From Scyliorhinus canicula (taxonomy: Eukaryota): a DNA stretch of 64,000 bases. Where the stretch lies: assembly GCF_902713615.1 (NCBI RefSeq), contig NC_052157.1, forward strand, positions 3,658,001 through 3,722,000, given 5' to 3'. The notes beneath the pieces were generated by a model. That model was not told the origin of the DNA and did not search any database. It saw only the letters and a list, made by a program, of their open reading frames with translations. Shown piece after piece: positions 23,750-37,112 of this stretch (positions within the stretch are counted from its first letter, which is position 1; every line of letters begins with the position of its first letter). Position numbers and translations under genes: made by a program.

Positions 23750-24326
23750 CTGTAAGAGAACCCAGGGTTAACCAGGCTTTGAGCATCTGAGGACGATTGA
23801 CTCAAGCAGCTTCCTCATCAGAGAAAACATCCAGACAAAACCAAGCAGCTAGCAGACAGGAAAGGAGAGGTTAATGTTTCAGGCAGCATCTCTCCTCAGA
23901 GTTCGAAAGAAGCAGAGTTCTTTCCAACTGGGACAACGATGGGGACTGAGTGACGTAGCCAATTCGTTCATCTCTAGGCATTGAATTTAAAGCCAGGCTA
24001 AAAGTCTTTGATAGTCTATGTGGTGTATCCTAATTATCACCATTAGAAATATGGTGGCCATGTTTACAGGGTAAAATAGTTCAGTGGAAATGGTGCTTGC
24101 TTCTCAATCAAGCTGTTGATTTAAATCCCATAATGGTGCATTGGGATAAAAGCACTCAAACAAAAGCTGCCAGACCTGCTGAGTTTATCCAGGATTTTCT
24201 GCCTTTATTAGGAAACTGAATTCAACAAGTAATTTGTGCGCTGAACTGTAAAACCCCTGGGTTGTTACAAAAATCCAACTGGTTGAATCACGTCCATCAG
24301 GAATGAGAATATATACAAATATATAC

Positions 24327-24960
24327 CGAGGGGCTGAGGCGGAGATGGTTGACAGCTTCAAATTCCTAGGGGTGCACATCACCAACAATCTGTCCTGGTT
24401 CACCCACGTCGACGCTATCACCAAGAAAGCACAACAGCGCCTATACTTCCTCAGGAAACAAAGGAAATTCAGCATGTCCATATTAACTCTTTACAACTTT
24501 CACAAATGCACCATAAAAAATATCCTATCTGGCTGCATCACAGCCTGGCATGGCAACCGCTCGGCCAAGACCATAAGAAACAACAGAGAGGCGCGAACAC
24601 AGCCCAGTCCATCACACAAACCTACCTCCCATCCGGGCTATTCTCTCTTCCAACTTCTTCCATCGGGCAGGAGATACAGAACTTTGAGGACACGCACTAA
24701 CAGATTCAAAAACAGCTCCTTCCCAGCTGTTACCAAACTCCTGGATGACCCTCTTATGAACTGAACTGAGTTTTCTACATATCTGAGTAGCAGTACACTC
24801 CTGTATGCTTCACCCAATGCCTGTGCCTATGTATTTAAATTGTGTATCTATCGTATGTCCTAAGTTTTTCATGTATGGGACGATCTGTCTGGACTGAACG
24901 CAGAACAATAATTTTCACTGTACTTCGATACACGTGACAATAAACCCAAATCCAATCCAA
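24327..24960 (+). mobile_element. Rex1/Babar-type LINE 3' fragment
   Basis: VDSFKFLGVHITNNLSW..KAQQRLYFLRK..GRRYR..TNRFKNS; AATAAA followed by an (ATCCA)n tail. Confidence 0.8.
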
Positions 24961-25044
24961 GCGGACTGGGCCCGTGCTCTGAAATTGGTAACGTCCAGGG
25001 GCCCCTGGTGTATTTTTTGGAGGATTTCTGACTGAAGGGAGGCT

Positions 25045-25225
25045 GAAATGAAATGAAAATCGCTTATTGTCACGAGTAGGCTTCAATGAAGTTACTGTGA
25101 AAAGCCCCTAGTCGTCACATTCCGCCGCCTGTTCGGGGAGGCTGGTACGGGAATCGAACCGTGCTGCTGGCCTGCCTTGGTCTGCTTTAAAAACCAGCGA
25201 TTTAGCCCAGTGTGCTAAACCAGCT
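25045..25225 (-). mobile_element. SINE family B
   Basis: Same head and tail as the other family B copies. Confidence 0.85.
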
Positions 25226-25229
25226 GCTC

Positions 25230-28200
25230 ATTGTAGACCAGCTAAAATGCTTCTGTTGTTCAACATTCGGCCTCTGCAGTGGCCACACTTGTTGACAGGA
25301 ACGGCGGATGTGTGAAAACTCCTCCTCTCACATCTGTTCCTTGCGGATTTGCTACAGTTTCCCTGTGGTCACCAGCAGTTTCTCCTCACCAATTGGGAAT
25401 ACGATTCGAGATGCTGGATCAGGTTGACATCACGTTTCATTGGAAGGTCCACTGTGGCCCTGGACAGAGTGGCTGCTGTTGTTTGTATTTTCCATGAACG
25501 ATAATCATCTTGTTTGTGAGCATCATGAGGCACTGATGGAATCTCTTGATTCTGGAGGGGGTTGTAGGGCATCGCTGCCAGTTACTCCTCATCCAGCAGT
25601 CAGCCCAGTGACTTCTGGTCAGTTTCAGTTGTGACCTTTAGGCCAATAATGTAGTCAGAAAATTTCTCACATTCCCAAATGACTGCAAGAGCTTCTTTTT
25701 CAACCATGGCCAATCTTGTCTCTGTGTCTGACAGTCCTCCAGACATGTAATACATTGGCCAGTGACATCCACCCTGAAATAAGACAGCACCGAGACTCAG
25801 CGATGGAACATCCGTTGTTATGGTGACGGGCAGGGATGGGTCACAGTGGGCTAGGATGTTGGTTGAGAGCAACATGACTTTGATATAATGAACACTTTCT
25901 CTTCGTACAATCACAGCACCTTGCCTGGTCTTTATTGAAAAGGTGCCGCAGGGGTTATGTGACCTGTGCCTGATTGGGTGAAAATTTTGCCAACGGGTTC
26001 ACCATACACAGGAACCTCTGGAGGTCCAGAGCCGATGATGGCCACAGTGATGCCTTTGTTGCTGATGATATAACCTCAGGACAAATAGACATCTTGGAGA
26101 ATTCACATTTCCCATTCAGTGTCAGCGTTACTTCCTGCAAATGTTCTGGAACCGCTATGAGTCTGTTGTCACGTTGTTCCACTGCTGAACCGTGGACCAC
26201 AGCATCATCCATATGGCAATGTGTCCGACACGTGTTGTGAAAGATTTCCAGTGTGGAAGTCCGACCGACCTGTCAGCGGTTGAAGCAGAATCTGCCAAAG
26301 GGGATGACGAATATGGTCAGCAATCTGGACTTTCCATCTCTCAGAAGTTTCCAGAAGCCTCTGTTAGCATCAAGTTTTAGAAACACTGCTTTTAGAGAGT
26401 TTGGTCAGGTTGTTGTCCATTGCGGACATCAGATGGACTTCTCTCACCTCAGCTTTATTGAGCTGTGTCAAGTCAACACCGATATGAATGGGCCAATTTG
26501 GATTTGGGACTGGGAGTGTCCCAGGACACCATTCACTGAGTGAGGGGGGAGATGACACCCATTTTTATCATCTCATCCGGCTGTTACTGCACTTGCTCCA
26601 TGAGTGGATGGGATATTTTCCATGGTGTGAACAGGCGGACTGACTTTGTATCGTCCCTCAATGTGATCCTGTATACCGTCCTCACTTAACCCAATCGGTA
26701 AAGAATGTCAAGAATTCCTTGTTAAATCTGGGAGCAGCCCCTTGCTGGTTGACCTTGTCTATTTTCTGTAGGTGGCTGAGGTCAACATTGGCTTTTCAGC
26801 TTAAAGGGGGACATTCTTGATTGTGGATGATGATAAGGATCTCTCGGATTCTTTTGTCTTTGTATCTGAGTGTCACCTGCAGAGTATTTTTCACCAGTAG
26901 GTTGATGCTACAAATCCGTACAACTGTGTTGTGGGTGGCATCAGTTGTTGGATCTCCAGCCATGGTTCCTTGTCTGAGAAGCACTGGCTCCCTTGTTCAG
27001 AAGACCATTAACCGAGGTGCCCGCGTTTCAGAACTAAAACCTCTGATCTTTGACCTCACCCAAGAGGCATTGCAGTATTTCCTCGGCGTGGTACCTGGTC
27101 AATGGTTTTGGGAATCATCTGTGCATCTGGTTATGTTGGCTTTGCATAGCTTTCCGAAGTGCCCTATGCAGCTGTAATGAGAAAATAAACTGTGCTGAGG
27201 CTGCAGGATTGGTCACTTTGTTCCATAATGTTGGCATGTTGGCCCACCTTCCAGTGGTCGGTTAGGGTATTGCTTCCCTTGGCCTGGAGTGTCCCCGGGG
27301 GTTCCTCTGCTGTTTCACTAGCTGGATAGTGGCCGTTGCTCTGTACCATAGTTTCGTCCCTTCAGATGGCTCTGTGCTGTAAATGGATTTCGGATTGCAC
27401 AACAATCTGAATGGCCTTTTCAAATCTTCCTTAGCTTGAAGCATGTCTGAAAGTGTATCATCCGCCACTCTGACAACAATCCTGTCCCTGATTAGCTCTG
27501 ATTTCACCATAGACCCGGCCTTCAGCCATTCTGTACAGCTCATAAGCAGGTTCTCCTGGCTGGTGGACACATTTGTTAAACTTTGCTCTTCCAAGCATTT
27601 TGTTCCTGCTCAGCTTATAAATAGTCTCAAATGAATTTAAAACTTAATCAAATTTCATAAAGATTAATTTATTCCTTTTCAAGCTATTATGTCATCAGCT
27701 ATTGGACCTACCAAATAAAACACCGTATTGACCTGTTCAGCTTCTGTCTTCTTGTCTACAACTGAAGCACTGCTGTCATGTTTCTAAAGAATCTCTTTTC
27801 CAAAGTTGCTAATGTTGCATCTGCCTGGATTTTAATTACACCCAAACTTCTCTGCTGATGTAGATTTTGATCCATATGATTTCAAATAAAAAGTGTGTAT
27901 AACACTAAATGATAAAGGATCTGGATCGGCGCAGGCTGGGAGGGCTGAAGGGCCTGTTCCGGTTGTATGAGGAAATCCATGGTGGTGTTGCCATAAACTT
28001 CTTCCCAATGAGATTTCCCGTGCTTGTCCGTTTAGTGGGCTCCTGCAGTAATGACGTTGCAATTTCTGTGTTTTTAAATTTTCATCAGTGACTCCCTGGA
28101 TTGAGCATTCGGAGTCTTCCCTACTATCTAAGTATTTCCAGGTCGTGACACCATCAATTCCTGGATTTTACTGGGTACTTTAACTGACAATTATTTTTTC

Positions 28201-28693
28201 CATGATGTATAATTTTTGATGAAAGTGAGTTTGGTCGCCATGTGGTCAGGTGCCGGCTTGGAACATGGTTGCAATGTGGAGTTTTATTTCTGCCTCTGCT
28301 TCCAACCCTGCTCTTCTCTGACAATCTCCTTTGGCGCCTTCACTCCTGCTGCTTTCCATCAGGTCACATTGCAGCTTCTTTACTTTTCCACACTTTGGGG
28401 GATTTTGTGGTCCATCCTTCATTGGCACCATGTTGTAAGATGCTGTGTGTGGTTCAATAGGTCTCATAAAGAGGTTCTGAGTCTTGTATAGTTTAACAGT
28501 AAGTGTTTATTAGCCTCTAGTAACGATGTACATTCTAAGGTCTAAGCTGAGAGCTGTCTCCATGCTTGCCTCTACAAACATCTCTGTCCATCACTGCCCT
28601 CGAGACTCAGATCATACAACTCTTTAGATCACACAGTGGGCGGTACTGTTCTCAGTCCCACGTTAACTCTTTCTATTCCAGATCTTTCTAACA
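25230..28693 (-). mobile_element. Decayed Ty3/Gypsy LTR retrotransposon (5' LTR, gag and pol remnants)
   Basis: Gag-like ELIRDRIVV; RT-like MDDAVVHG; RNase H ..TTD..LGAVLFQ..EKEALAVIWECEKFSDYIIG..TETD; many stops and frameshifts. Confidence 0.8.
28431..28693 (-). repeat. Putative 5' LTR (263 bp) of the Gypsy element
   Basis: TGTT...AACA termini, internal AATAAA on the minus strand, followed directly by PBS-like TGGTGCC (28424-28430). Confidence 0.6.
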
Positions 28694-29356
28694 CTGTGAT
28701 TAGCGCAATATTGACCATCCCAAAAATGGCAACATTGTTTAAAAAATCTGCTCTCGCTCAAGATTGTGTTGCTAACATGATACTTTGCTCAGTGGCCAAT
28801 TAAGGACTGCCCAGCATGTAATGTTTCGTCCAGTTAGGTGACTGGGCAAAGCGGGAACTGTGTGTGGCTGATTGCAAAATGGAGCACAAATCCCCCATTG
28901 AGCCCTGAAACAAACAGGAGATGTAGAAGTTGAGAGCCAATGTGACCGGCAACATCATTGGCACAGGATGACCACCCACACAGTTGGAGGAAATTTCAGG
29001 ATCACTTATTTCACAAAGAGATATCATTGTGGCCCTGGAGAGGCGATGCTCCTGCGGGACTGGACTCAAACATTTGTAGGCCAGTGCTTCATGGCCTGTA
29101 TACGCTAGCCGCTGGGCAGTGGAGTCTTTGGCATCTCCTCCTGCCTTGGCCTCCCTCCTTACCCTGCACCAACTGAACCCGTGCCTTGCCTCTCACAGGT
29201 CTCTGCCTGGACTATTGCATCCTCTCCTTCTTGATTCTCTGTCTTCCTCTTCAGAGGAGGTCCCACCAGCAGAGTAGACTATCCCCAGATGCAGGGGACC
29301 AGTGCCTTGCAGATGATGGATCACTGCCATCCAATCCTCAAGAATACCTTCCAGGG

Positions 29357-29572
29357 GGGCAGCACGGTGGTGCCGTGGTTAGCACTGAAGTCTCACGGCG
29401 CCGAGGTCCCGGGTTCAATCCCGGCTCTGGGTCACTGTCCATGTGGAGTTTGCACATTCTCCCCGTTGGGTCTCACCCCCACAACCCAAAGATGTCCAGG
29501 GTAGGTGGATTGAACACACTAAATTGCCCCTTAATTGGAAAAAATGAATTGGGTACTCTAAATTTAAAAAAA
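29357..29572 (+). mobile_element. V-SINE, short A-rich tail subfamily
   Basis: Near-identical to 22569-22797. Confidence 0.85.
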
Positions 29573-30015
29573 CAAGGGAAACTTTCCAGGGAAGTCCTGA
29601 AGTGCTGTAAGTCATGCCTTAAATGCTAAACAATAACTCGGGAATTCAAGCTAAACTCTACATTAAAACATCCACAAACTCTACCATAGAGACTGGGGCC
29701 TTTTATCCTGACCTTGGATCAGGAAATGCAACAGATTTATTAGGCACCCACCTGCTTTGCCCAAATGACAAGCTACAAATAATATAGGCAGTGTAAGATC
29801 ACTCTGTTGATTGGACTTTTAATGGCCTTAATTGGCCCTTTAATTGTCGGCAGGCATGCATCTAATTTGGCCATGTGTCCCCCGAGCTAGGACTTGTGCG
29901 TGTGCAGGACGATGTCAGGAAACGCTCCCACCGCCTTCTCGCCAGATTTTACACATTTCCAGGTTGGGTACATTCCCGGCCCAGACACGGAAAACTCTGG
30001 CCCGTGAGTTCTTAC

Positions 30016-30176
30016 CTTGAATTTATAATAACTTTCGCAGGAAGAATCTCCTGTCTCATTCAGATGCACTTTTCCATTAATACGGGTGAAAACATCCCAG
30101 ATACTGAGTCCTTTCCCATCCTGATCCCAGGCCCCTTCTGTCTGGTAAGCAGAGCTGCCCACTCCCCAGGAGAAAC
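30016..30176 (-). CDS. LCTL: LCTL coding exon 2: (G)[53 protein letters not shown]
   Basis: 161 nt, tttcag| and |gtaaga, phase 1/0; GH1 N-terminal signature, close to recalled human LCTL. Confidence 0.97.
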
Positions 30177-30494
30177 CTGAAACCAACACAATAATTAAAC
30201 TTGGTGTTTCACAACAGTTTGTCCACACACTGAACAAAATATGACAAGACTGTTCTGAGGTGGATGTCAGCCAACTGATGGATTCCATATCAGAATGTTA
30301 GTTTGTACGATACAACTTTCACTCCAAATCTAACTTTTCAATAATTTCCAGTAAAGTGCAGCAAATTGAGTCCAGGAAGCAGATGGATTAGAAACAAATC
30401 CACTTGTTCTCACAGGTGGGGACCAGTCAGTATTTGTACCAGTCTCACACCTCTTCCCGACTAGACCATCTCTCCCGATTAATTCCCTCACATC

Positions 30495-31490
30495 GTCCTC
30501 CCCTGCTCCCTACCCCCTCCCGTGGTCCCTACCCACTCCCCTGCCCCATACCCCCTCACTGCTCCCTACCCCCTCCCCTGCCCCATACCCCCTCACTGCT
30601 CCCTACCCCCTCCCCTGCTCCATACCCCCTCCCCTGCTCCATACCCCCTCCCCTGCTCCATACCCCCTCCCCTGCTCCATACCCCCTCCCCTGCTCCATA
30701 CCCCCTCCCCTGCCCCATACCCCCTCCCCTGCTCTATACCCCCTCCCCTGCTCCATACCCCCTCCCCTGCTCCATAACCCCTCCCCTGCTCCATACCCCC
30801 TCCCCTGCCCCATACCCCCTCACTGCTCCCTACGCCCTCCCTTGCTCCCTACCCCCTCCCCTGCTCCCTACCCCCTCCCTGCTCCCTACCCCCTCCCCTG
30901 CTCCCTACCCCCTCCCCTGCTCCATATCCCCTCCCCTGCTCCATACCCCCTCCCCTGCTCCCTACCCCATCCCCTGCTCCATACCCCCTCCCCCGCTCCC
31001 TACCCCCTCCCCTGCTCCCTACCCCCTCCCCTGCTCCATACCCCCTCCCCTGCTCCTTAACCCCTCCCCTGCTTCCTACCCACTCCCCTGCTCCCCACCC
31101 CCTCCCCTGTCCCTACCCCCTCCCCTGCTCCCCACCTCCTCCCCTGCTCCCTACCCCCTCCCCTGCTCCTTACCCCCTCCCCTGCTCCCTACCCCCTCCC
31201 CTGCTCCCTACCCCCTCCCCTGCTCCCTACCCCCTCCCCTGCTCCCTACCCCCTCCCCCGCTCCCTACCCCGCTCCCTAACCCCTCCCCTGCTCCATATC
31301 CCCCTCCCGGCTCCCTACCCCCTCCTCTGCTCCCCACCCCCTCCCCTGTCCCTACCCCCTCCCCTGCTCCCCCCTCCCCTGCTCCCTACCCCCTCCCCTG
31401 CTCCCTACCCCCTCCCCTGCTCCATACCCCCTCCCCTGCTCCATACCCCCTCCCCTGCTCCCTAGCCTCTCCCCTACTCCATATCCGCCT
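30495..31490. repeat. C-rich 19-bp minisatellite (CCCCCTCCCCTGCTCC[A/C]TA) in LCTL coding intron 1
   Basis: Direct tandem periodicity; explains the Pro-rich pseudo-ORFs. Confidence 0.95.
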
Positions 31491-31702
31491 CCCTGCTCGA
31501 TACCACCTTCCTGATCCATAATCCCCTCTCCTGCACTTCATAACATTCCTTGCTCTATTCGTTGTCATTTTTAATATTTTCTTATTGAGGTGATTGTGTA
31601 AAATCTCTTTATAAATGTGTATGTCTCAGCTTTTACACCTAGCTCTGATAACAGATTCTAAATTTGATCTCTGTGGACAGTTCTGGTCACTGTGGTAGAA
31701 AG

Positions 31703-32010
31703 GTGACACGGTGGCACAGTGGTTAGCACCGCTGCCTCACAACACATGGGTCCCGCGTTCGATTCCGGCCTCGGGTGACTGTGTGGAGTTTGCACGTTCT
31801 CCCTGTGTGTGCGTGGGTTTCCTCCGGTTGCTCCGGTTTCCTCACAAAGAAGTGCAGGTTAGGTAGATTGGCTGTGCTGAAAAAATTGTCCCTTAATGTC
31901 CAGGCTTATGTGAGCAAGGTGGGGTTAGGGGAATGGGCCTAGGTGGGGATGCTCATTTAGAGGGTCGATAGGCCGAATGGCCTCCTCCCCACTGTCGGGA
32001 TTCTGCGATG
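31703..32010 (+). mobile_element. Diverged V-SINE
   Basis: tRNA-like head and V-domain. Confidence 0.75.
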
Positions 32011-32602
32011 AAAAGCAATACTGCAACTATTAGGCGAATATAGACCAGAGTAAACAGAATGAAGGAGGGGTTGGACTATGGGAAATGATCACACAACTGG
32101 GCCATTTCTCACTGGAACAAAGATTGCGATTATCCGATTGCTGTTTTTAGTATTTTGAAGAGACTGGATAATGTGGATGATGACCAGCTGTTCCACCTTG
32201 TCCAGAACAAGTAGATCCAGGGGTCAGGATCTGTGCTCTAAGAGGGGGATAACATTGAAACAGAACTGGAGTCAGCGAGTGGCCAAGCTATGGAATAGGC
32301 TTCCAAGGGAGATAATGAAAGCAGATAGTACTGACTCACTTAAAAACAAATTAGATAGATTTCTTTCAGAAAATAACATTTTAAGTTCAGTAATTTGAGA
32401 CATGGGATGTGTGGCGACGGAGGAGTGCTCGTGAGGAACAGGTAACTTTGGACATATTGTTCATAAAGCTCCCCATCACTGGGGCCTTTTCCTAACCTCT
32501 GTCAGCTGTAAACTCATCGATAGACATTGATCACGATGATTAGTCAATAACTCCATTATCGCTGGATCATGTGGTTGTCAGGATGGTGAAAGGTGAATTA
32601 AA

Positions 32603-32875
32603 TAGAATTTACAGTGCAGAAGGAGGCCATTTGGCCCATCAAGTCGGCACTGACCTACTGAAAGAGCACCCTACTTAAGCCCACACCTCGGGCTATCCCC
32701 TTAACCCCACCTAACCTTTTGGACACAAAGGGCAATTTATCATGGCCAATCCACCTAACCTGCACATCTTTGGACTTGTGGGAGGAAACTGGAGCACCCG
32801 GAGGAAACCCACATTGAACCCGGATCCCTGGAGCTGTGAGGCAGCAGTGCTGGCCATTGTGCCTCCGAGCCACCC
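32603..32875 (-). mobile_element. V-SINE with internal deletion
   Basis: GGGTTTCCTCCGGGTGCTCC core on the minus strand; TTCTA tail. Confidence 0.75.
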
Positions 32876-33026
32876 ATGGACCAGTGTCTTTTATTGTCTA
32901 AAATTCCTTTGTTCCGAATAACACTTCAAAATTTACGTGTCATAAAATTAGTTTAGAGAATCAAGATTTTGAAAGATTATTTCCCTTAAAAAGATTTTAA
33001 AATCTCTGTTAATGTAACTCTGATTG

Positions 33027-34595
33027 CTTTCGCAACTACTACTGTGCGGCCAATATGGCTATGATTAGGAAGTGGGCGATGAGGTTGGCGGCGTGGGAGC
33101 AGCTGGAGGCGGCGTCATGTGAAGGTACTAGTCTGGGAGCTTTGATAACGGCTCCTTTGCCGTTCTTGCTGACTCGTTACTCCACAAGTCCGGTGGTGGT
33201 GGCGACACTGTGGATCTGGGGACAGTGGAGGAGGTACAAGAAGGTGGAGGGAGCGTTGGTCTGGACCACGATATGTAACAATCACAGGTTTGTCCCGGGT
33301 AGGCTGGATAGTGGGTTCCAGAGCTGGCAGAGGGCAGGCATCAGAAGGATGGGAGATCTGTTGATAGACGGAAGGTTTCCCAGTTTGTAGACGCTAGAGG
33401 ACAAATTTAATCTGCCGCCAGGAAACGCCGTTAAATATCTGCAAGTACGGGCCTTCCTGAAAAAACAGGTAGTGGCCTTTCCGACGCTGAGGATACAGGA
33501 CAGGGTGGTCTCCGGCACCTGGGTGGGGGAGGGGAGGGTGTCAGATATCTACCAGGAACTACAGGAGGTGGAGGAAACCCCGGTGGAGGAGCTCAAGGGC
33601 AAATGGGAGGAGGAGCTAGATGAGGAGTTGGAAGCGGGTCTGTGGGCAGAGGTCCTGGGCAGGGTTAATTCCTTCTCATCATGTGCCAGGCTCAGTCTAA
33701 TTCAATTTGAGGAGGTCCACCGGGCATACATGACGACAGCAAGAATGAGCAAGTTTTTGGGGGTAGAAGAAAGTTGTATGAGGTTCAAGGGCAGCCCTGC
33801 AAACCATGTCCACATGTTTTGGGCATGCCCGGAGCTTAGAGAGTTCTGGCAAGGGTCCGCGAGGGCAATGCCCAAGGTGCTTAACAGACGGGTGGCGCCG
33901 AGTCCAGAGTTAGCGATCTTTGGAGTGTCAGAAGACCCGGGAGTTCAGGGGGCGAAAGAGGCCGACGTCTTGGCCTTTGCCTCTCTAGTAGGGGCTGGTT
34001 TAGCTCACTCAGCTAAATCGCTGGCTTTTAAAGCAGACCAAGCAGGCCAGCAGCACGGTTCAATTCCCGTACCAGCCTCCCCGGACAGGCGCCGGAATGT
34101 GGCGACTAGGGGCTTTTCACAGTAACTTCATTGAAGCCTACTCGTGACAATAAGCGATTTTCATTTTCATTTCATTTTCATAGTAGCCCGGAGACGGATT
34201 TTATTAATGTGGAGGGACCCGAAGCCCCCGAGTGTAGAGACTTGGGTTACCGACATGGCTGGGTTTCTCAGCCTCGAGAAAATAAAGTTTGCCTTAAGAG
34301 GGTCTATGCTAGGGTTCTCTCGGAGGTGGCAGCCGTTCGTCAACTTTCTCTGGGAAAATTAAAATGTCAGCAGCAGCAGCAGCAAACCTGGGGGGGGGGG
34401 GGGGGGGGAGTGCTTCATTGGGAGAGTGTGGGAAGGCTGGGTCGCGTGGGGTAATGTCTATTTAATTGTTATTGTATATTCTCTTTTTGCACTATGTTAA
34501 TGTTCACTCTAGTTTGTTCTGTTATTATTGTTACTGCTGTCTCATTATGAAAAATTCAGCAAACACTGCTTAATAAAAATACTTTTAAAAAAAAG
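33027..34595 (+). mobile_element. L1/Tx1-like LINE 3' fragment with 13-bp TSD
   Basis: ORF2 C-terminal C-x-R...HMFWACP region, AATAAA and poly(A); TSD GTAACTCTGATTG at 33014-33026 and 34596-34608. Confidence 0.85.
33991..34180 (+). mobile_element. SINE family B nested in the L1 fragment
   Basis: Interrupts ASLV|ARRR; TSD TAGTA at 33986-33990 and 34181-34185. Confidence 0.9.
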
Positions 34596-34705
34596 GTAAC
34601 TCTGATTGTAATAGTGCAGGATGCTTATTGCAAGATTCGGCAGACTTTCAATACCTGGAAATCACAGCATAATGTAACGGTCAAAATCCAGCTCCCACAA
34701 TCCAA

Positions 34706-34976
34706 AATAATAACAATAATTTTTATTAGTGTCACAAGTAAGCTTACATTAACACTACAATGAAGTTACTGTGAAAAGCCCCTAGTCGCCACACTCCGCG
34801 CCTGTTCAGGTACACAGAGGGAGAATTCAGAATGTCCAAAACAGCACGTCTTTTGGGGCTTGTGGGAGGAAACGAGCATCCGGAGGGAACCCACGCACAC
34901 ACGGGGAGAACGTGCAGACTCCACACAGACAGTGACCCAAGCCGGGAATCGAACCCGGGACCCTGGCACTGTGAAG
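34706..34976 (-). mobile_element. V-SINE carrying the family-B type 3' tail
   Basis: V-domain joined to CGACTAGGGGCTTTTCACAGTAACTTCATTG...(ATT)n. Confidence 0.82.
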
Positions 34977-35203
34977 CGGAGAGTTCGCTTGTGATATATT
35001 TATTCATGAAGGCATCAATGATAGATTAATGACAGGAGCTGGACATCCTGGGAAGTTGGACATGTGATAAACACAATGGATACATCTTAACCCTGTGGCA
35101 ACTCACAATTAGGCATCTTAAAGATGTGTTTCAGCTCTTGCTATAATGGTAGATAAAGGCATAACAAACAGCCCACATTTTCTTGGGTGAAATTTTCCCT
35201 TAC

Positions 35204-35327
35204 CAGGGGGGAATGTCCCGTAATAGAAGGATCCACCATGGTCTTTTGTCCAGTCGAATTCTTCAGATAGACCCAGAGGCAGCAACAGCAGAAAGGCTTG
35301 GGACACAACGTGTAGAATTGGAGACAT
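35204..35327 (-). CDS. LCTL: LCTL coding exon 1: MSPILHVVSQAFLLLLPLGLSEEFDWTKDHGGSFYYGTFPP(G), with signal peptide
   Basis: Hydrophobic leader, SFYYGTFP motif as in recalled human LCTL, G|gtaagg donor in phase 1 matching exon 2; acceptor upstream at 35361. Confidence 0.93.
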
Positions 35328-35560
35328 TGTCCTCGTAGTGTCGGTCTCGTACTTTCCCACCTGTACCAAGACAACAGCCTGCTGGCACGCAGAGGACAGG
35401 AGGATCATACAACTGATAGCAATGCAGGAGAAAGCAGATTGAACAAACCGGCACCCTTTCCTTTAGAGAAGGGAAGGCTGGAGGGATAACCTCATTAAGA
35501 TCTTTAAAATTAAGAATGGGTTTGATAGGGCAATTGCAAAGAAGATGTTTCCACTTGTGA

Positions 35561-36109
35561 GTCCAAAGATGTGCGGGTTAGGTGGATTGGCCATGCTAAA
35601 TTGCCCGTAGTGTCCTAATAGTAAGGTTAAGGGGGGGAGTTGTTGGGTTACGGGTATAGGGTGGATACGTGGGTTTGAGTGGGGTGATCATTGCTCGGCA
35701 CAACATCGAGGGCCGAAGGGCCTGTTCTGTGCTGTACTGTTCTAGTTCTAGGGGCAGCACGGTAGCATGGTGGTTAGCATAAATGCTTCACAGCTCCAGG
35801 GTCCCAGGTTCGGTTCCCGGCTGGGTCACTGTCTGTGCGGAGTCTGCACGTCCTCCCCGTGCGTGCGTGGGTTTCCTCCGGGCGCTCCGGTTTCCTCCCA
35901 CAGTCCAAAGATGTGCGGGTTAGGTGGATTGGCCATGCTAAATTGCACGTAGTGTCCATAAAAGTAAGGTTGGGGGGGGGAGTTGTTGGGTTACGGGTAT
36001 AGGGTCGATACGTGGGTTTGAGTAGGGTGATCATTGCTCGGCACAACATCGAGGGCCGAAGGGCCTGTTCTGTGCTGTACTGTTCTATGTTCTATGTTCT
36101 ATGTTCTAT
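35561..36109 (+). mobile_element. Tandem V-SINEs (one truncated, one full-length) with (TTCTATG)n tail, inserted in an old CR1 fragment
   Basis: 35561-35750 duplicates the 3' half of 35751-36109. Confidence 0.88.
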
Positions 36110-37112
36110 GAGGGATACCAAAAGCAAGGGCTGTAAATAAATGATGGCCACTAATAAATTGAATAGGGAATTCAGGAAAAACCTATTTACCCAGACTGGT
36201 GAGAAACCTATTTACCCAGACTGGTGAGAATGTGGAACTTGCTCCCATAAGGAATGATTGAGGCAATAGGCATCAATGGGGAAGCTGGATAAACACATGT
36301 GGAATAAATGAAATGTACAGATATGCTTATGGGATTAGACGAATGGGTGGGAGAGGTAGGGAGAGTTGGAGGGGGGAAAGATTATTTGATGGAGCATAAA
36401 CACCAAAGAACAGTTGGCCCAAATAGTTTGTTTCTGTCCTTGTAAATTCAATGCAAATAGTCCCCAGCACGAGTTATTAACCAACACAACTTTCAACAAA
36501 TGTAACAGCTGTCAAAAATATATATTTCTATCCCTCTCTAAATATAAATAGTTAATTTGTTTTGTGTTCTATGAAAAGGTGCACTTCCCATCCAGGTAAT
36601 TACACATTGTACCAATTCAATGAATGTCAAGGATATAACCTCAGCCTATTCCACCCGGAAAACCAGGATAATTCCCCTGGGATAACATCCGACATTCCCT
36701 TGACTGGTCCACACTTTTTGCCCTATTTTTCTTGTGTGATGAATTTCCAGGTGATTGTTGGTGAATATTTACACCAGCCAGTTAAAAGGCTCGCAGTATG
36801 ATAGCACTGGGTGATTTTCAGATCGCAGGATGGTATAAGTGTCACTTTCTGACATTTTTCCACACACAAAAAATATTAAAACACCAAGTTTCAATTTCTT
36901 AGAAAATATGTGATGAAATAAATGATGAAATATTAGTCCGCCTGATATTAAATATAGAAATTCGCTACTTCATTTTAACTGGTTCGTTATATTTCAAACA
37001 TTTATCAGTTTGCATCTCTGCTAGTCAATTAAAGTATTGTTTATTACAGTTTTAAATAAACCTTATATATCCTCCTTAAACAGTATAAAACAATCGCATT
37101 GCACCTTCTCTT

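Noticed and set aside
30404-31568. Pro-rich extensin-like ORFs (also 45625-47019 and 58957-63923)
   Set aside because: Translations of low-complexity minisatellites, open in several frames.
35751-35830. tRNA genes at SINE heads
   Set aside because: They have A/B boxes but no full cloverleaf and run directly into SINE bodies.
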